Assembly (NCBI GenBank): GCA_010015805.1
Contig: ML978138.1
Coordinates: 248,001-312,000, forward strand
Length of the DNA: 64,000 bases
Direction of reading: 5' to 3'
Source: Rhizodiscina lignyota
Taxonomy: Eukaryota
Part shown: positions 25,663-36,865 of the stretch, piece after piece
Numbering within the stretch: position 1 is the first letter of the stretch
Layout: each line of letters starts with the position of its first letter
The notes under the pieces: model-generated
The model's input: only the letters and a program-made list of their open reading frames with translations
Told to the model about the DNA's origin: nothing
The model's database searches: none
Position numbers and translations under genes: made by a program

Positions 25663-27830
25663 GTCAGAGAGCTAAATAAAGGGAACTATTATGGTGGCAT
25701 ACGCAATCACTGAGAGGAGATTTCTTGATTTACAGATCGATCGAAGATGAATTATCTGAGGAAGGAAAAGAACCTAAGGTCCGTTCAGGCACCGGACCCG
25801 GACGGACTGCCCACCTTTTCTTCAGGATCGCAAGTTGAGGCTACGAATGGGCGAAGGAAAGTCACGGGAGACGCAAGTGTGAGTCAAAGACGTTGATGGG
25901 AGAAAATCGCGCTGGACTTCTGCCGGTCAGCGACGTACAAAACGACGGTCAGGGAAGCGAAATCACGACCATAACGCGAAATGCAGCGTCGTGAGAAGAA
26001 GTAGAGTTCGCGTCGGACGTGACGATTCGGTGGGCGGGCGGAGGAGGTTGGGGCAGCGCTCGTTTCATGCACCGCCATGCAGGTGGCCCACTGGAAGGGC
26101 CAATCGACGTGACGCTGACCGCCGCCTGTGCACATTAGTCGCATGCACGCCAAGGCGCTGTGTATACGTGTATAGCCGAGAGCTATAGAGCGCGCTGCAA
26201 CGCGTCTACTTTGGAAACAACTGCATCTTTCTGGCCTTTGGGCCCATATAGGCATTGGCGAATTGCAAAAGCGCGTCTGCTCGATGGGCGCGCGGGCCGT
26301 GCCTTGTCCAAGCGTCGAACGCCTCGCCGCTCTGCCATGTGGCGCGTAGGAACAACTTGAAACGCGACACGTGACCCCAGAGATCAGAGAAAGAGTTCGT
26401 CAGGAAAGGAGAGACGGCCCTCGACGCGTCAAAAATCAACAGACCGCATTGGTGCAAAGCTCTTGAGAGCGGTTTGGATTTTGTGCGCGCGACGAATCAG
26501 AGCCATCTCTCCACAAACGGAGGCACACGCGGCTCCTGTTGATTGGAGAGAGGGAAGAACATCCAGTCTGGAGATCGAACATGCCGGGGCATGGCTCTAC
26601 AGATATATGAAGCGGAGGCCAGAGAGAGCGATGCGGAGAAATTGAAGTGAAACGAAAACGACGAGCATCGTGCCAAGACGAAGACCGGATGCGTCGCACA
26701 GCCTTGTCTCGCAAACGTTTCGAAACAGGAATGATGGCCTCTGCGCGTTCATGTTTACACGGAACGATCCGTATTCCCACCATCTGTAGCTTTAAAGGTC
26801 GCTGCTCTCGTGAAGATGTCGAGTGGACCCGAAAAGGAGCACCTTGTTCTGTAGTAGGTAGGCAACTTACGATATCGGGCTTCTGGGATCGCCGGTGCAG
26901 GTCACGCTTTGAAGGCGGAACATTTGCATCGGGTGCAGCAAAGCGAGCGTCATTTCTCTCAAGATGCGAGATCAAGGAATCGATAACTGAGGCATTTGCC
27001 AAGGGGACAGGTGAGACAAGCTCAAAGCCATGGTCGGTGCTCCCGGCAGTGAGGAATGAGGAATGTGATGTGCCGTGCCGGAGCGAGAAACGCGCGCGTC
27101 ACGGAATTGGAAAAAGTTTGGAAAAGTTTGGAAGGCAGAGCTGGCGCGAACAATGGCCGCGTCGATCCGCGCACAAGGCGTCTCTGGCAGATCGTTTTAT
27201 TCCCCAGATTCGGTGGTGTTTGTGGTTGATAGCGACGCCGGCGCACGGGGCTAGGCTGCAAGTGGGCTAGAGAGCGCTCCAGAACGTCGCTGCAGCTTCG
27301 TATTGCAGGCCTGAAGTGAGAGGCCCCTGCCGGCACGTTAAGCCTCACGAGCACCTCTCAGCTGCCGACGCCGAACAGCCTCGAGTGTGCGGCCATTGTA
27401 CACTCCTGCAATGGAGTTGCACCCTCCATCCTCCTCCTCCTAACGCACTCTCCATCTCCTGCGCCTGTCGCGTCACCACCGTCGCCGTCACAACGCCGCT
27501 CGCTATACCCCCTCTCCTCACCTCCAACCGCCTCCAGTATCCGCTGAACCCGCTCGACTCTCCTGCAGGCGCTGACAAAGTTCCCACGACCCGTTACACA
27601 GGCACTAAGCTTATTTGCCTTCAATTCACCATGAATTGAGCGCTTGCGTGGCCTCTTCGCCTTCCACCTCGTCGCATACTTCTCGAGGAATGGGCCACGA
27701 CTCCATTGAGAGCGGAAAACCACTCTGCAGGCGGGCACACGCCTTTGCCAGACCCTGCTGGTATCGAGGAGCATAGCACGAACCGGCGACCGCGGCGCCG
27801 GTGAACACCGATCGGATGCGCTTCACCAAA

Positions 27831-30800
27831 ATGCGGATCGGTATTCGTGAACAGTTAGGCGCTCTTGTCTTAATATCCTCTTTAATCGGCGTAGCAGTCG
27901 TAGCAATTGCAACATGGGTATGGGAATCCGCCCTACAACAAATTTCAAATGCAGACACTGACACAATGGACGTTAGACCACCAATCGTTCATTTGTGCTG
28001 AGCGTCAGGTACGAATCCCGATTGTTATGGCAATGTCAAGATGCCAATGCTGATCTTCCATCACAGCAATTCGCGACTCTCCCTTACCGCATCCCTGAAA
28101 TCCGCGCAGCTCTCGACCGACCTCATGCTAATGCAATCGAGCGTGCGTTCTACGACGTCGAGACTTCTCCTGCAAAGTTCGCTCATGCGCTATAATCAAA
28201 TGGGAAACAACACCCTGCAGTGCGTTGCAAATATCTGATAAGACGGGGAAGGATTGAGCTGACGACTTATAGAAACTGGATTCGTCCAATACAAGACCTT
28301 CAGACTGCGCTGTCCTCTTCACCCGGCGCTCTTGGCTATCAAGGAGCGGTACTCCCCTTGAATGGAACGGCTCCCATCAACGACACTGCTGGATTTGCTG
28401 GAGAAGGCTTCCTGATGAATACCACAACCACAGGCGTTATAGGCATGATAGAACTGCCGACGAGATATTCAGATGGCTCACCCGTCTTTCTCGGCGATAA
28501 CACCACGTTGGGCTATCCTCGGAATCTGTATCCCAACCTTACATATAGCCAGGTCCACATCAACAAGACCTTCAAGCAATCCGTGGCAAGCTACAATGGC
28601 CAACCTCTCGACACAACCCATGGCCTTCTCCTCGGGCCCTGGTTTATAAACGACACTTTTTCTTTGATCTCCATCACGATGCCCATCATAAACAATACGT
28701 CAGCCGTCGATATCCTCGGCTGGCTTACGATCGTCATGTCTGGTCAGCTAATCTCCAACGTGGCATCTTCTCCTGAAGGCCTTGAGAACACCGGCGTCGC
28801 TCTCATTGTCGGTCCAGCGAATGCAACAAACCATTTCCCTCGAAATACCACCTGGCAGAACAACAATGGCAGCGCCCCCCAAACAGAGAGTGTCCACTTC
28901 GTCATCCCGGCCAACAACACAGGAAATCGACATCCAGATCATGCGTCTATATCGAACAGTCCCCCTTTCGATTACAATAGCTATCCGGCAGTTAAGGCAG
29001 CATTCACCAAGAACAGTCACGGCATTAACAATGCTGGGAGCTCCATCGATACACATAACGAACAAGGTGATCACGTGGCCGTCGGCTATGCTATGGTTAC
29101 CAGCACGCTTGTGGACTGGGTCATTCTCGTCGAGCAGTCGCACGGGGAAGTGTGGGCTCCAATATCACATCTCCGGAACATCCTCCTCGCGTGCGTTTTT
29201 GGAACCGCAGGCGCAATGCTACTTCTAGCGTTTCCAATTGCACACTTTTCGAGTCTGCCCATTCGGAGATTACGCGATGCGACGAAGAAAAGCATCGCTC
29301 CGCCGGGATTTGAAGAGGATGGTAATAGCATCGTTTCTTCACATCATGGCAACAGCAGTGATGACGATGCTGCGGCACAAGCCGCGCATAAAGAAGGTTT
29401 CTATGGCGCACTGTCACGATGGCGTACAGGGAAGAAGAAGTCGGATACCGAGCGCTCTGAGGCTGCACGGCGGAGGGGTTTCAGAATTCCGGCCAAGGTG
29501 AAAGAGAGGAAGCATATTGTGCAGGATGAATTGACGGAACTGACAACTACTTTCAACGAGATGACGGACGAACTCATGATGCAGTACGAAAAGCTAGAAG
29601 AGCGGGTCAAGCAGCGTACTGCGGAGCTGGAGTTATCGAAGAAGGCGGCCGAAGCGGCGAACGAGAGCAAGACGCTGTTCATTGCGAATCTAAGCCACGA
29701 GCTCAAGACACCGCTGAATGGCATTATGGGCATGTGCGCAGTCTGCATGAGCGAGAGGGATCCTGCGAAAATCCAGAAGAGTCTTGGGATCATCTACAAG
29801 AGCGGTGATTTACTGCTGAACCTGCTGACGGATCTCCTGACTTTCAGCAAGAACCAAGTGGGACAGCATCTTACGCTCGACGAAAAGGAGTTCCGTCTCC
29901 GAGACGTTTCGGCGCAGGTCCTGGCCATCTTCGACAAGCAGGCGAAGGAGGGCTCTATTGGCCTACACATACGGTACGAAGGACCACAAGACGCGAATAT
30001 GAACGATACTGGCCAGCTGAGTGAGAAGCGCGATCTTGGGCCGTCTGGCACAGGCAGAGTCAAGGATATGATTCTTTGGGGCGATCAGCATCGAATTCTG
30101 CAGGTTTTGATCAACCTCGTATCCAACAGTTTGAAATTCACTCCACCAGGCGGCAGCGTGTCTGTTACTATTCGTTGTATTGGCGACGCGCAACCATCTG
30201 ATAGAGCTTCCAGCAGGAAGGGCTCGACGAATTCTAGGGGCTCAAGGAACCTGTCTGGCAGAAACAGCAGAACTAGAGTGGGACATGGCTCAGACGCCAG
30301 TTTCATCTCGTCCCAGAAAAACCTGAGCACCGCCCTCGAAATCAATGCCCTAGACTCAAAACCGGCTGCGCAGTTCATGATGAACGAGCGATCAGATTCC
30401 CCACCAGCAGGCCGAAACTTGATGTTCGAATTCGAAGTCGTAGATACAGGCCCCGGAGTGCCGGAGAGTCAACAGCAGCGCATCTTCGAGCCATTCGTAC
30501 AAGGCGACCTGGGTCTCAGCAAGAAATACGGTGGCACTGGTCTAGGTCTAAGCATTTGCTCACAACTCGCAACGCTCATGAAGGGCACTATCGGAATGAC
30601 GAGCGAAATGGGACACGGCAGCACCTTCACGATGCAGATCCCGCTGAGGCACATCATGTCACGAGCAGATAGCACGAGCAGTAGCACCGTCGACCCTGGA
30701 AGCAGGAGAAGTAGTTTGGAAGATGCTGCAGCAGCTTTAGGCATCGCTCGGTCTGAGACCGGAACGCCCATGTCTGTCCTTCCTCCACAGAGCGTTGCAT

Positions 30801-31628
30801 CCAGCAACGGCGGCGTAGACTCGAAACCGAGACTGGTGGGGCTCAGTCAGCCGTTCTTCGCAGCGCCGGCCCTCGATACGGCGGAAAACCGGATCACGGT
30901 TATTGAAAGAGCAGCGGCAGAGGCTAGCGAGAAGGGCGTGAAGGTCAAGGTGTTGGTGGCGGAAGACAATAAAACGAATCAAGAGGTTGTGCTCAGGATG
31001 TTGAAGCTGGAGGACATCTTCGACGTTACTGTCGCGCAAGGTAAATTATCCAAGTTGTTTGGTGTGGACGAAGAAATCAGCTAACAGGTCCGCAACAGAT
31101 GGCCAAGAAGCATACGAGCGTGTCAAAGAGTCCATGGAATCACAGACCCCGTACAATCTCATCTTCATGGACGTCCAGATGCCCAACCTCAATGGCCTCG
31201 AATCCACGAGACTGATCCGGCAAACCGGCTACTCGGCGCCCATCGTCGCGCTCTCGGCGTACTCGGAGGATAGCAACATCAAGGAGTGTCTCGAGAGCGG
31301 CATGAACGACTTCATTTCGAAGCCTATCCGCCGACCGCGATTGAAGCAAGTCCTCAAGACATTCTGCAGCCCAATCCCAGAGGAGGTGGAAGAGAAGGAC
31401 ACTACGCCAGGTCCTGCAGCATCGGCGCCAAAGCCTGGAGGCAGTGCTTCGACGACATCCACGAAAGTGGAAACGATGGGGAATGCGAACCCGCCGATGA
31501 CGACGATGGTAAAGCCGCCGACTCAACGGAAAGAAGGGGATCCAGGAGGTGGATCGAAAGCCCCGAATGGGCCGAACGGACCGAAGAAAGAGGGGCGGCC
31601 TGAATCTCCTGTCTCGCCACTCTCGTGA
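27831..31628 (+). CDS. SLN1: Membrane hybrid histidine kinase, group VI (Sln1/TcsB)
   Basis: [16 protein letters not shown], extracellular domain, second TM, HAMP-like [14 protein letters not shown]-box [18 protein letters not shown] boxes ([22 protein letters not shown]). Receiver VLVAEDN..FMDVQMP..PIVALSA..KP is split by intron 31041-31098. Confidence 0.93.
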
Positions 31629-32388
31629 TGAAGTGTGCTTCTCGGCTTCGATTTACTTCCCGATTCGGTTTTTTCGGTTAATGATATGAATCTGTAATTG
31701 ACGGCAAAAAAGGATTAGCAAGGCGCTCGTGCGGTTTCTTATTTCCTCCTCTGCCCTTTTTGAAGGGCGGGAGTGATTTCAGACTTTTGTGGAGTTCTTT
31801 GCGAAGAAACATTGCATTTGGATTGGGCAAACGTAAAAAGCACACGGGTCTACGCATCGGACTTGGTCTGGCGTCTTTGCGAAAAGCGCACAGCAGATAA
31901 AAAGGGAGTTTGCTGGATGTTTTTGATCTCTTCTCGCGTAGCATTGGTAACATTTCGTTTTCTGTGTTATAGCTCTCACGGCTGCGAGTTCGAGAGCACG
32001 GGATGGCGAGGGTGGGAGGCTATGATGGGATGTGAGCATGGCGGACACCTAGCGAGATTCGAGCACTCTCGGAGAAATGCAGAAGATGTTCGTAAATGTT
32101 TGCCTCCGGCGTTGAGGGTGCGAATCGTGACCGCAAGTGATGTAAATGAATTCGTCGGCGTTGACTTCTCGCTCCGCTAAAAAGGACTGGAGTCGTATGA
32201 CTTTGTAGAAGTACGAAATAGAAACGTGTTTCGGTTGCTAAGGAGTTACGTCAGTTTCATTGCCCATTTCGTCCTTTCCCATACAATGAGCTTGGATTTA
32301 TCAATCGAGGCAAGTTGCTAGGAGGCACTGAGAGGTTCAGAGAAGGACTCCGAACACTTGACAGTTTGGAAGAGTGAACTGTGCTGGC

Positions 32389-32840
32389 TAGAGTTTCAAA
32401 CCCTAAAGTAACATTTCTTCAGAGCGAAGTGTTTCCATGAGGGGTTCCAAACCCTATGGTAACAGTTCTGTAGAGTGGAGTGTTACCGCTAGGGTTATCA
32501 ACCCTAAAATCACACTTTCGCTGACTGACATGATACTCTCTAGGGTTCCAACCCTATCTCACATTACTTCTCCGCGTGTTGTCAGATTTTAGGGCTTCAG
32601 TAGTGCTCGCAACCTCTAATACCAATAAGTAACAGCCATACGGAGTTTGATAACACGTTTCGCAAAATAGGGTTGAGAACCCTAAGTAACAGTTTTGCAA
32701 AAGTGAACTGTTACCCACTAGGGTTCAAAAACCCTAAGGAACACGTTTTTCTGACTGAACTGATACGTCTAGGGTTAGCTAATTTCAAACCCTAATTCAT
32801 GCCTATGTCAGGTCAAACTCAGCTTAAAAAGGGTTAGGGC
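32389..32840. repeat. Degenerate ~50-51-bp tandem array of double palindromes with telomere-like arms
   Basis: TAGGGTT-Nx-AACCCTA or near variants start at 32389, 32440, 32490, 32541, (32590, half site), 32668, 32719 and 32770. Intervening segments carry GTAACA(GTT)...(AAC)TGTTAC, perfect at 32686-32714. Confidence 0.9.
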
Positions 32841-33910
32841 TATCTAGAGTCTCTCTCAGCCTCGTCTCCTCAGCCTCGTCTCGTCAGTCTCAGTCCTACA
32901 TCCGCCGCAAAGAAACTGAACATCATCAAGGCTCTAGTCGCTAATGCCTAGTATACCTAAGGCAGAAGTGCTTCAATCCAAAGCGATCCTATCAAGCCTC
33001 TCGAACGCCCGACTCGGTTGAGCTATTCTTCGAGCAGGGATGGCGCTCCTTCGCCTTCGGCCCCCAAAACGAGTCCACGTCGGAGGCTCGAATACATCGA
33101 AAATAAGCCACCACATCTGCACGATAGGCGAGTTTTCAGTTGTTTCGCGTATTTAGTTTCGTAGATAAATTGGCTGGGAACAGCATTGATCTCGTTTACA
33201 CGCGAGGCTGGGAGGATAATATGTATTTCGCTTTCGAAGTTCCACACTCCGCAAAACGTGTCGACGGAGCAGACGGTAGAAAACTGCTTTGCTGGATCTT
33301 CACAAAGTCTTAACACCCTTTCAGTAATAACAAATATAGCATCAACTCAGAAAGGTAAAATACTGGTTTTGTGCAGAGCTCGCTCATCAAGCTTGAGATA
33401 AAGGGCGCAGTAAGAGCCGCGTCCACCCGGGTGGCTTGCAGATGGTTACGAATGTGATTTGCTCTCGAAGAGGCGCGTCTGGAAGCGTATAGCCAAGACC
33501 GGCCACGGCAGTGAAGCTGAAAAGAGGATAGTGAAGCTGCATTGCCATTATACAGGTATCTCCTGATGTGATCAGAAGCGAGTTCGGAGCAGAAAGCGTA
33601 CTTTCACACTCTCGACCGCTTTGTAGCCCAAGCGCAACTTCTGGTGCAAAATACGAAGGTCGTATGTACCATGAAACGCATGCAAACCCACGCGGACTCG
33701 TTCCGCAGATGAATCAAACTGAATTGAATCTTTCACCATTTTACAACTTCTGTGAAAGGGATAATATGGACAGTGCTTGAACGCTTGAAATCTGGAATAA
33801 AACTGGTAGACCATACTTGGTCCACGAATGTGAGAACACGAAGAAAAGAGATATGACCATAGTATCATGACGAGTCAAACACCAGCGTACGCCTGATCCA
33901 CATTCTCTCC

Positions 33911-35728
33911 TCAACCATAAACAGGATGATGACTTTGTGCCGGCATCTCGTGAACCTGGTTCGGACCAGAGAGGAGTTCCGGTGCGTGTAGTTCGGAGGG
34001 TGTGCTCTGCTGCATGGGCTGAACAGGAGCACCAGCGTATTTCGCATCGTAATGTCGGCCTGTGTCCGCGAGCTCGGATTTCGAATCGCGCTGATTCCTG
34101 CGTCGCCTTGCTAGCAGGAACGCCCCGACTGCCGCTGCGATGAGCAGTATTCCACCAACAGCAACTCCAACTCCAATGCCCGCCTTTGCGCCTGTTGAGA
34201 GTCCAGAGCTACCGCCAGTGCTACTACTATGGTCGGCGCTGGACGATCCGCTTGAGCCGCTCGTGTCGCCGCTCGCCGTGCCACCGCTGGAGTTGCCGCC
34301 GCTGGAGCTGCCACCGCTATTCGACTTGCTGTCGACAGGTAGAGGGGTCCAGTAACCTGTCCAGCTCCTGTTGAATGCTCCAGTGTCAGAAACTATGGCG
34401 GTCGGGTCAGGGAACTGGTCGCTATCATCGAGGTCTTCATAGTCCGCGTTCCCGAGGCCGTTCTTCGTTGTTCCTGGACCGGGTGCTTGCGCGATCCATG
34501 CAGAGTTCAATCGGAGGTTTGCCCCGAAGAACGCGGCTTGCAGAAACGCGCGACCGAGTCTGTAATCGCCAGGGTTTGATGAAGTGGATGTATCGAGGCA
34601 AGGGAAGTATGGTGTCGGTGTGTCTGTGATTCCGATATCCAGGGTCAGATTCAACAGCGAAAACGGAACCTTGATGATGACGTTATCACTTTCACCGGTA
34701 GCTGGAGGAAATGTGAGGCTGAGGTACGCGGGAGAGTTGATGATTTTCTGGAAACTTGGGTCGCTTGTCTTCCAAAGGTAGTACTTCAACGTATTGTCGA
34801 ATTCGATAGGTAGCACTTTCGCCAATGCCTGGCACGTCTTGTCTGGTAGATGAAAATACGGCATCTGAGGATCCACGCCAACGTTCAACTGGCCTGTCTT
34901 GCTGTTGTTCAGTGTGAGCAGACCGCTCTTGTCGGTGAACGAGAACGGCGACGCGCCAGTCTCTACACCGATGCCAATATCAAGTAAAGTGAGGCTGTAC
35001 TGGGCATCGTGAGTAAACGTCGTGATGGGACCGATCATTCGACTCTTGTCGTAACCGCCGAGAACAAGAGACCCGGGGTATCCGAGTGCAGCGGAACCCG
35101 AGTGCAAGCCGAAGCTATATGAAGGGATGTCGCCATTGTTATAAAGCCCTCCGATCATGATGTTTGTCAGTACCGATGGCTCGTTTGGCGCGGTCGTAAA
35201 GGTCTGGTGTGTTTGCTGATTGCCGAGAGAGAAGAATCCAAGCTCTGGTCCGCGCGTGGAGCCGTCGGGATTGACTATGGTTGCGTTCTTTATCGTCGCC
35301 AAAGACGCGTTGTAAGTTGTGAAATTGCCATCCGCATTGTTCGCATACACCGAGATGGCTTGGATGATATAAGGATCGTTGTCTCCGCTCTCGTACGGCG
35401 TGCCGTCACCCCAGCCTGCCTCGATGGCAATCTGATAACTGAACTCGTCCTCCGCTGGCGTCCAGAAACCACCGCGTCCACATTGCGAGTCGGAATATGA
35501 GTCGCAAACATCTGGAGCAAGAACTAAACATTCCCATGCGCCTCCAGGAAGAAGATCGACCTTTGTCTGTGCGGTGCTGATGTCGTAGTAGGACTCATTT
35601 CCGCCGACACTGACTGTGATGGCATTCCAAGGACCGTCAGGCCCATATATCCTCTGGCTCCATTGAATGGCGAGATTCTGTTTACCCACAGCAGCGACAA
35701 CAAAGGAGAGGAAGATTAAACCCCACAT
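33911..35728 (-). CDS. Pepsin-like (A1) fold type-I membrane protein with degenerate catalytic motifs
   Basis: Signal peptide MWGLIFLSFVVAAVG, YGPDGPW, IPSYSFGLH, GSLVLGGYDKSR, LGRAFLQAAF, AQAPGP, Ser/Gly linker, TM GLSTGAKAGIGVGVAVGGILLIAAAVGAFLL-ARRRR. Confidence 0.85.
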   Translation of the reverse strand: MWGLIFLSFVVAAVGKQNLAIQWSQRIYGPDGPWNAITVSVGGNESYYDISTAQTKVDLLPGGAWECLVLAPDVCDSYSDSQCGRGGFWTPAEDEFSYQIAIEAGWGDGTPYESGDNDPYIIQAISVYANNADGNFTTYNASLATIKNATIVNPDGSTRGPELGFFSLGNQQTHQTFTTAPNEPSVLTNIMIGGLYNNGDIPSYSFGLHSGSAALGYPGSLVLGGYDKSRMIGPITTFTHDAQYSLTLLDIGIGVETGASPFSFTDKSGLLTLNNSKTGQLNVGVDPQMPYFHLPDKTCQALAKVLPIEFDNTLKYYLWKTSDPSFQKIINSPAYLSLTFPPATGESDNVIIKVPFSLLNLTLDIGITDTPTPYFPCLDTSTSSNPGDYRLGRAFLQAAFFGANLRLNSAWIAQAPGPGTTKNGLGNADYEDLDDSDQFPDPTAIVSDTGAFNRSWTGYWTPLPVDSKSNSGGSSSGGNSSGGTASGDTSGSSGSSSADHSSSTGGSSGLSTGAKAGIGVGVAVGGILLIAAAVGAFLLARRRRNQRDSKSELADTGRHYDAKYAGAPVQPMQQSTPSELHAPELLSGPNQVHEMPAQSHHPVYG

Positions 35729-36865
35729 ACTGGGCAGAGCGAAGGGAGAGCACGATGTAAGAGAGGAAAGTGAGAGTCGCATCAATGGGAAAGAGAGGTA
35801 GCGAACCAGGCTGCACGGTTTGGGAAGAGATCGGGTCCCAAGACGAGAGACTAAGAGAGTCAAGACACTTCCCCGCGGGCAACAGTTGCCAGGGCCCAAG
35901 CACGCGAAAACAGTTTGACGTGGTCGTGGATGTGGTAAGGCTTAACTGTGCTCAGAGCCGCGCCTTCACGCCTCTGGAAATTACGTTCACCATCTCGAGG
36001 CTTGTGCACCAGCGCTTTCTTTTCACGCGTGCACACCCATCGTGTGCCTCTGGCAGTAATAACCACATCTCATCAATTGCTCTCGCCAACCACGGTCTCA
36101 CAGAAGTGCCAGAACGGTCCGGAGGTGAAGTGGGCGAGCCATCGCTGTGGGATTAGGATGCTCGTGGATGGCATTGTGGAAAGGATAGGGGTGAAAGCAC
36201 AGCCAAATGGGCGTGTTGGTCGCCTAACCATTGGCTCTGCATCGGCCATGATGCATCTGGCCGCAGGTGAAGTGGCCGAGTGGCGAGAAAGGCAATCCTT
36301 CAGCGCCGGAGCGTGAAGTGAGTGGTCGATTCTAAGCCCCGTTCGCTGCGGCGCCCGCGCCAAGCCATGCCCTTCTGTTCTCGTTCTCGTGGTTGAGCGG
36401 GCGGGCCGGCGAGCGAGCCTAGCCATCTGCGCTACAGCAGGGCGGAGGATGGAGATCCATGCTGCGAAACGGTCGAGTTTGGCGTGGAAAAGAGGCGCTA
36501 GGTCGCGCTGGGCGTGGTGGAGTGCAATGTCTGCTTAGTGGCATGGCCCTGCGGCTCCTGCCGAAGCATACAAAGACCACCTATGCTACAAGGCTATGCT
36601 CCATGAAGCGTAACCGCGAGGCTGAATTAAAACAAGCTCATCCCTCTAACTGCCAGCCCTATTGACCACCGTTGGGGGCGGAAATTGTTCCTAACCCTCA
36701 TTTCCCATCCAGCTTTTGTCCGTCCTTTCGCGCAATTTGCTCTCGTCCAACCTCTCTCCACCTCGTCAGCGCGGAGTTTTATTCCGCCTACTGCAGCCTG
36801 GGCACCGCTCCCTGAACAACGCCGCGTCCGCGGCGGGATCCTTGAAACCTACATCACCACACGCC

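Noticed and set aside
25884..27774. Multiple overlapping ORFs in the long divergent intergenic region before SLN1
   Set aside because: GC-rich chance ORFs on both strands with Arg/Ser-rich, non-protein-like composition.
32389..32840. CRISPR array or true telomere/interstitial telomere tract
   Set aside because: Eukaryotic context with no cas genes. The 'spacers' are related to each other, and the telomere-like motifs are single inverted pairs rather than head-to-tail (TTAGGG)n.
33143..33715. Possible RIP-inactivated ORF downstream of the array
   Set aside because: About 7 stops in ~190 codons is near random expectation and no motif is recognisable, so it is not called a pseudogene.
34200..34330. 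Repeated ccgctggag/ccgcc motifs
   Set aside because: Encodes the Ser/Gly stalk of the pepsin-like protein; not an independent repeat element.
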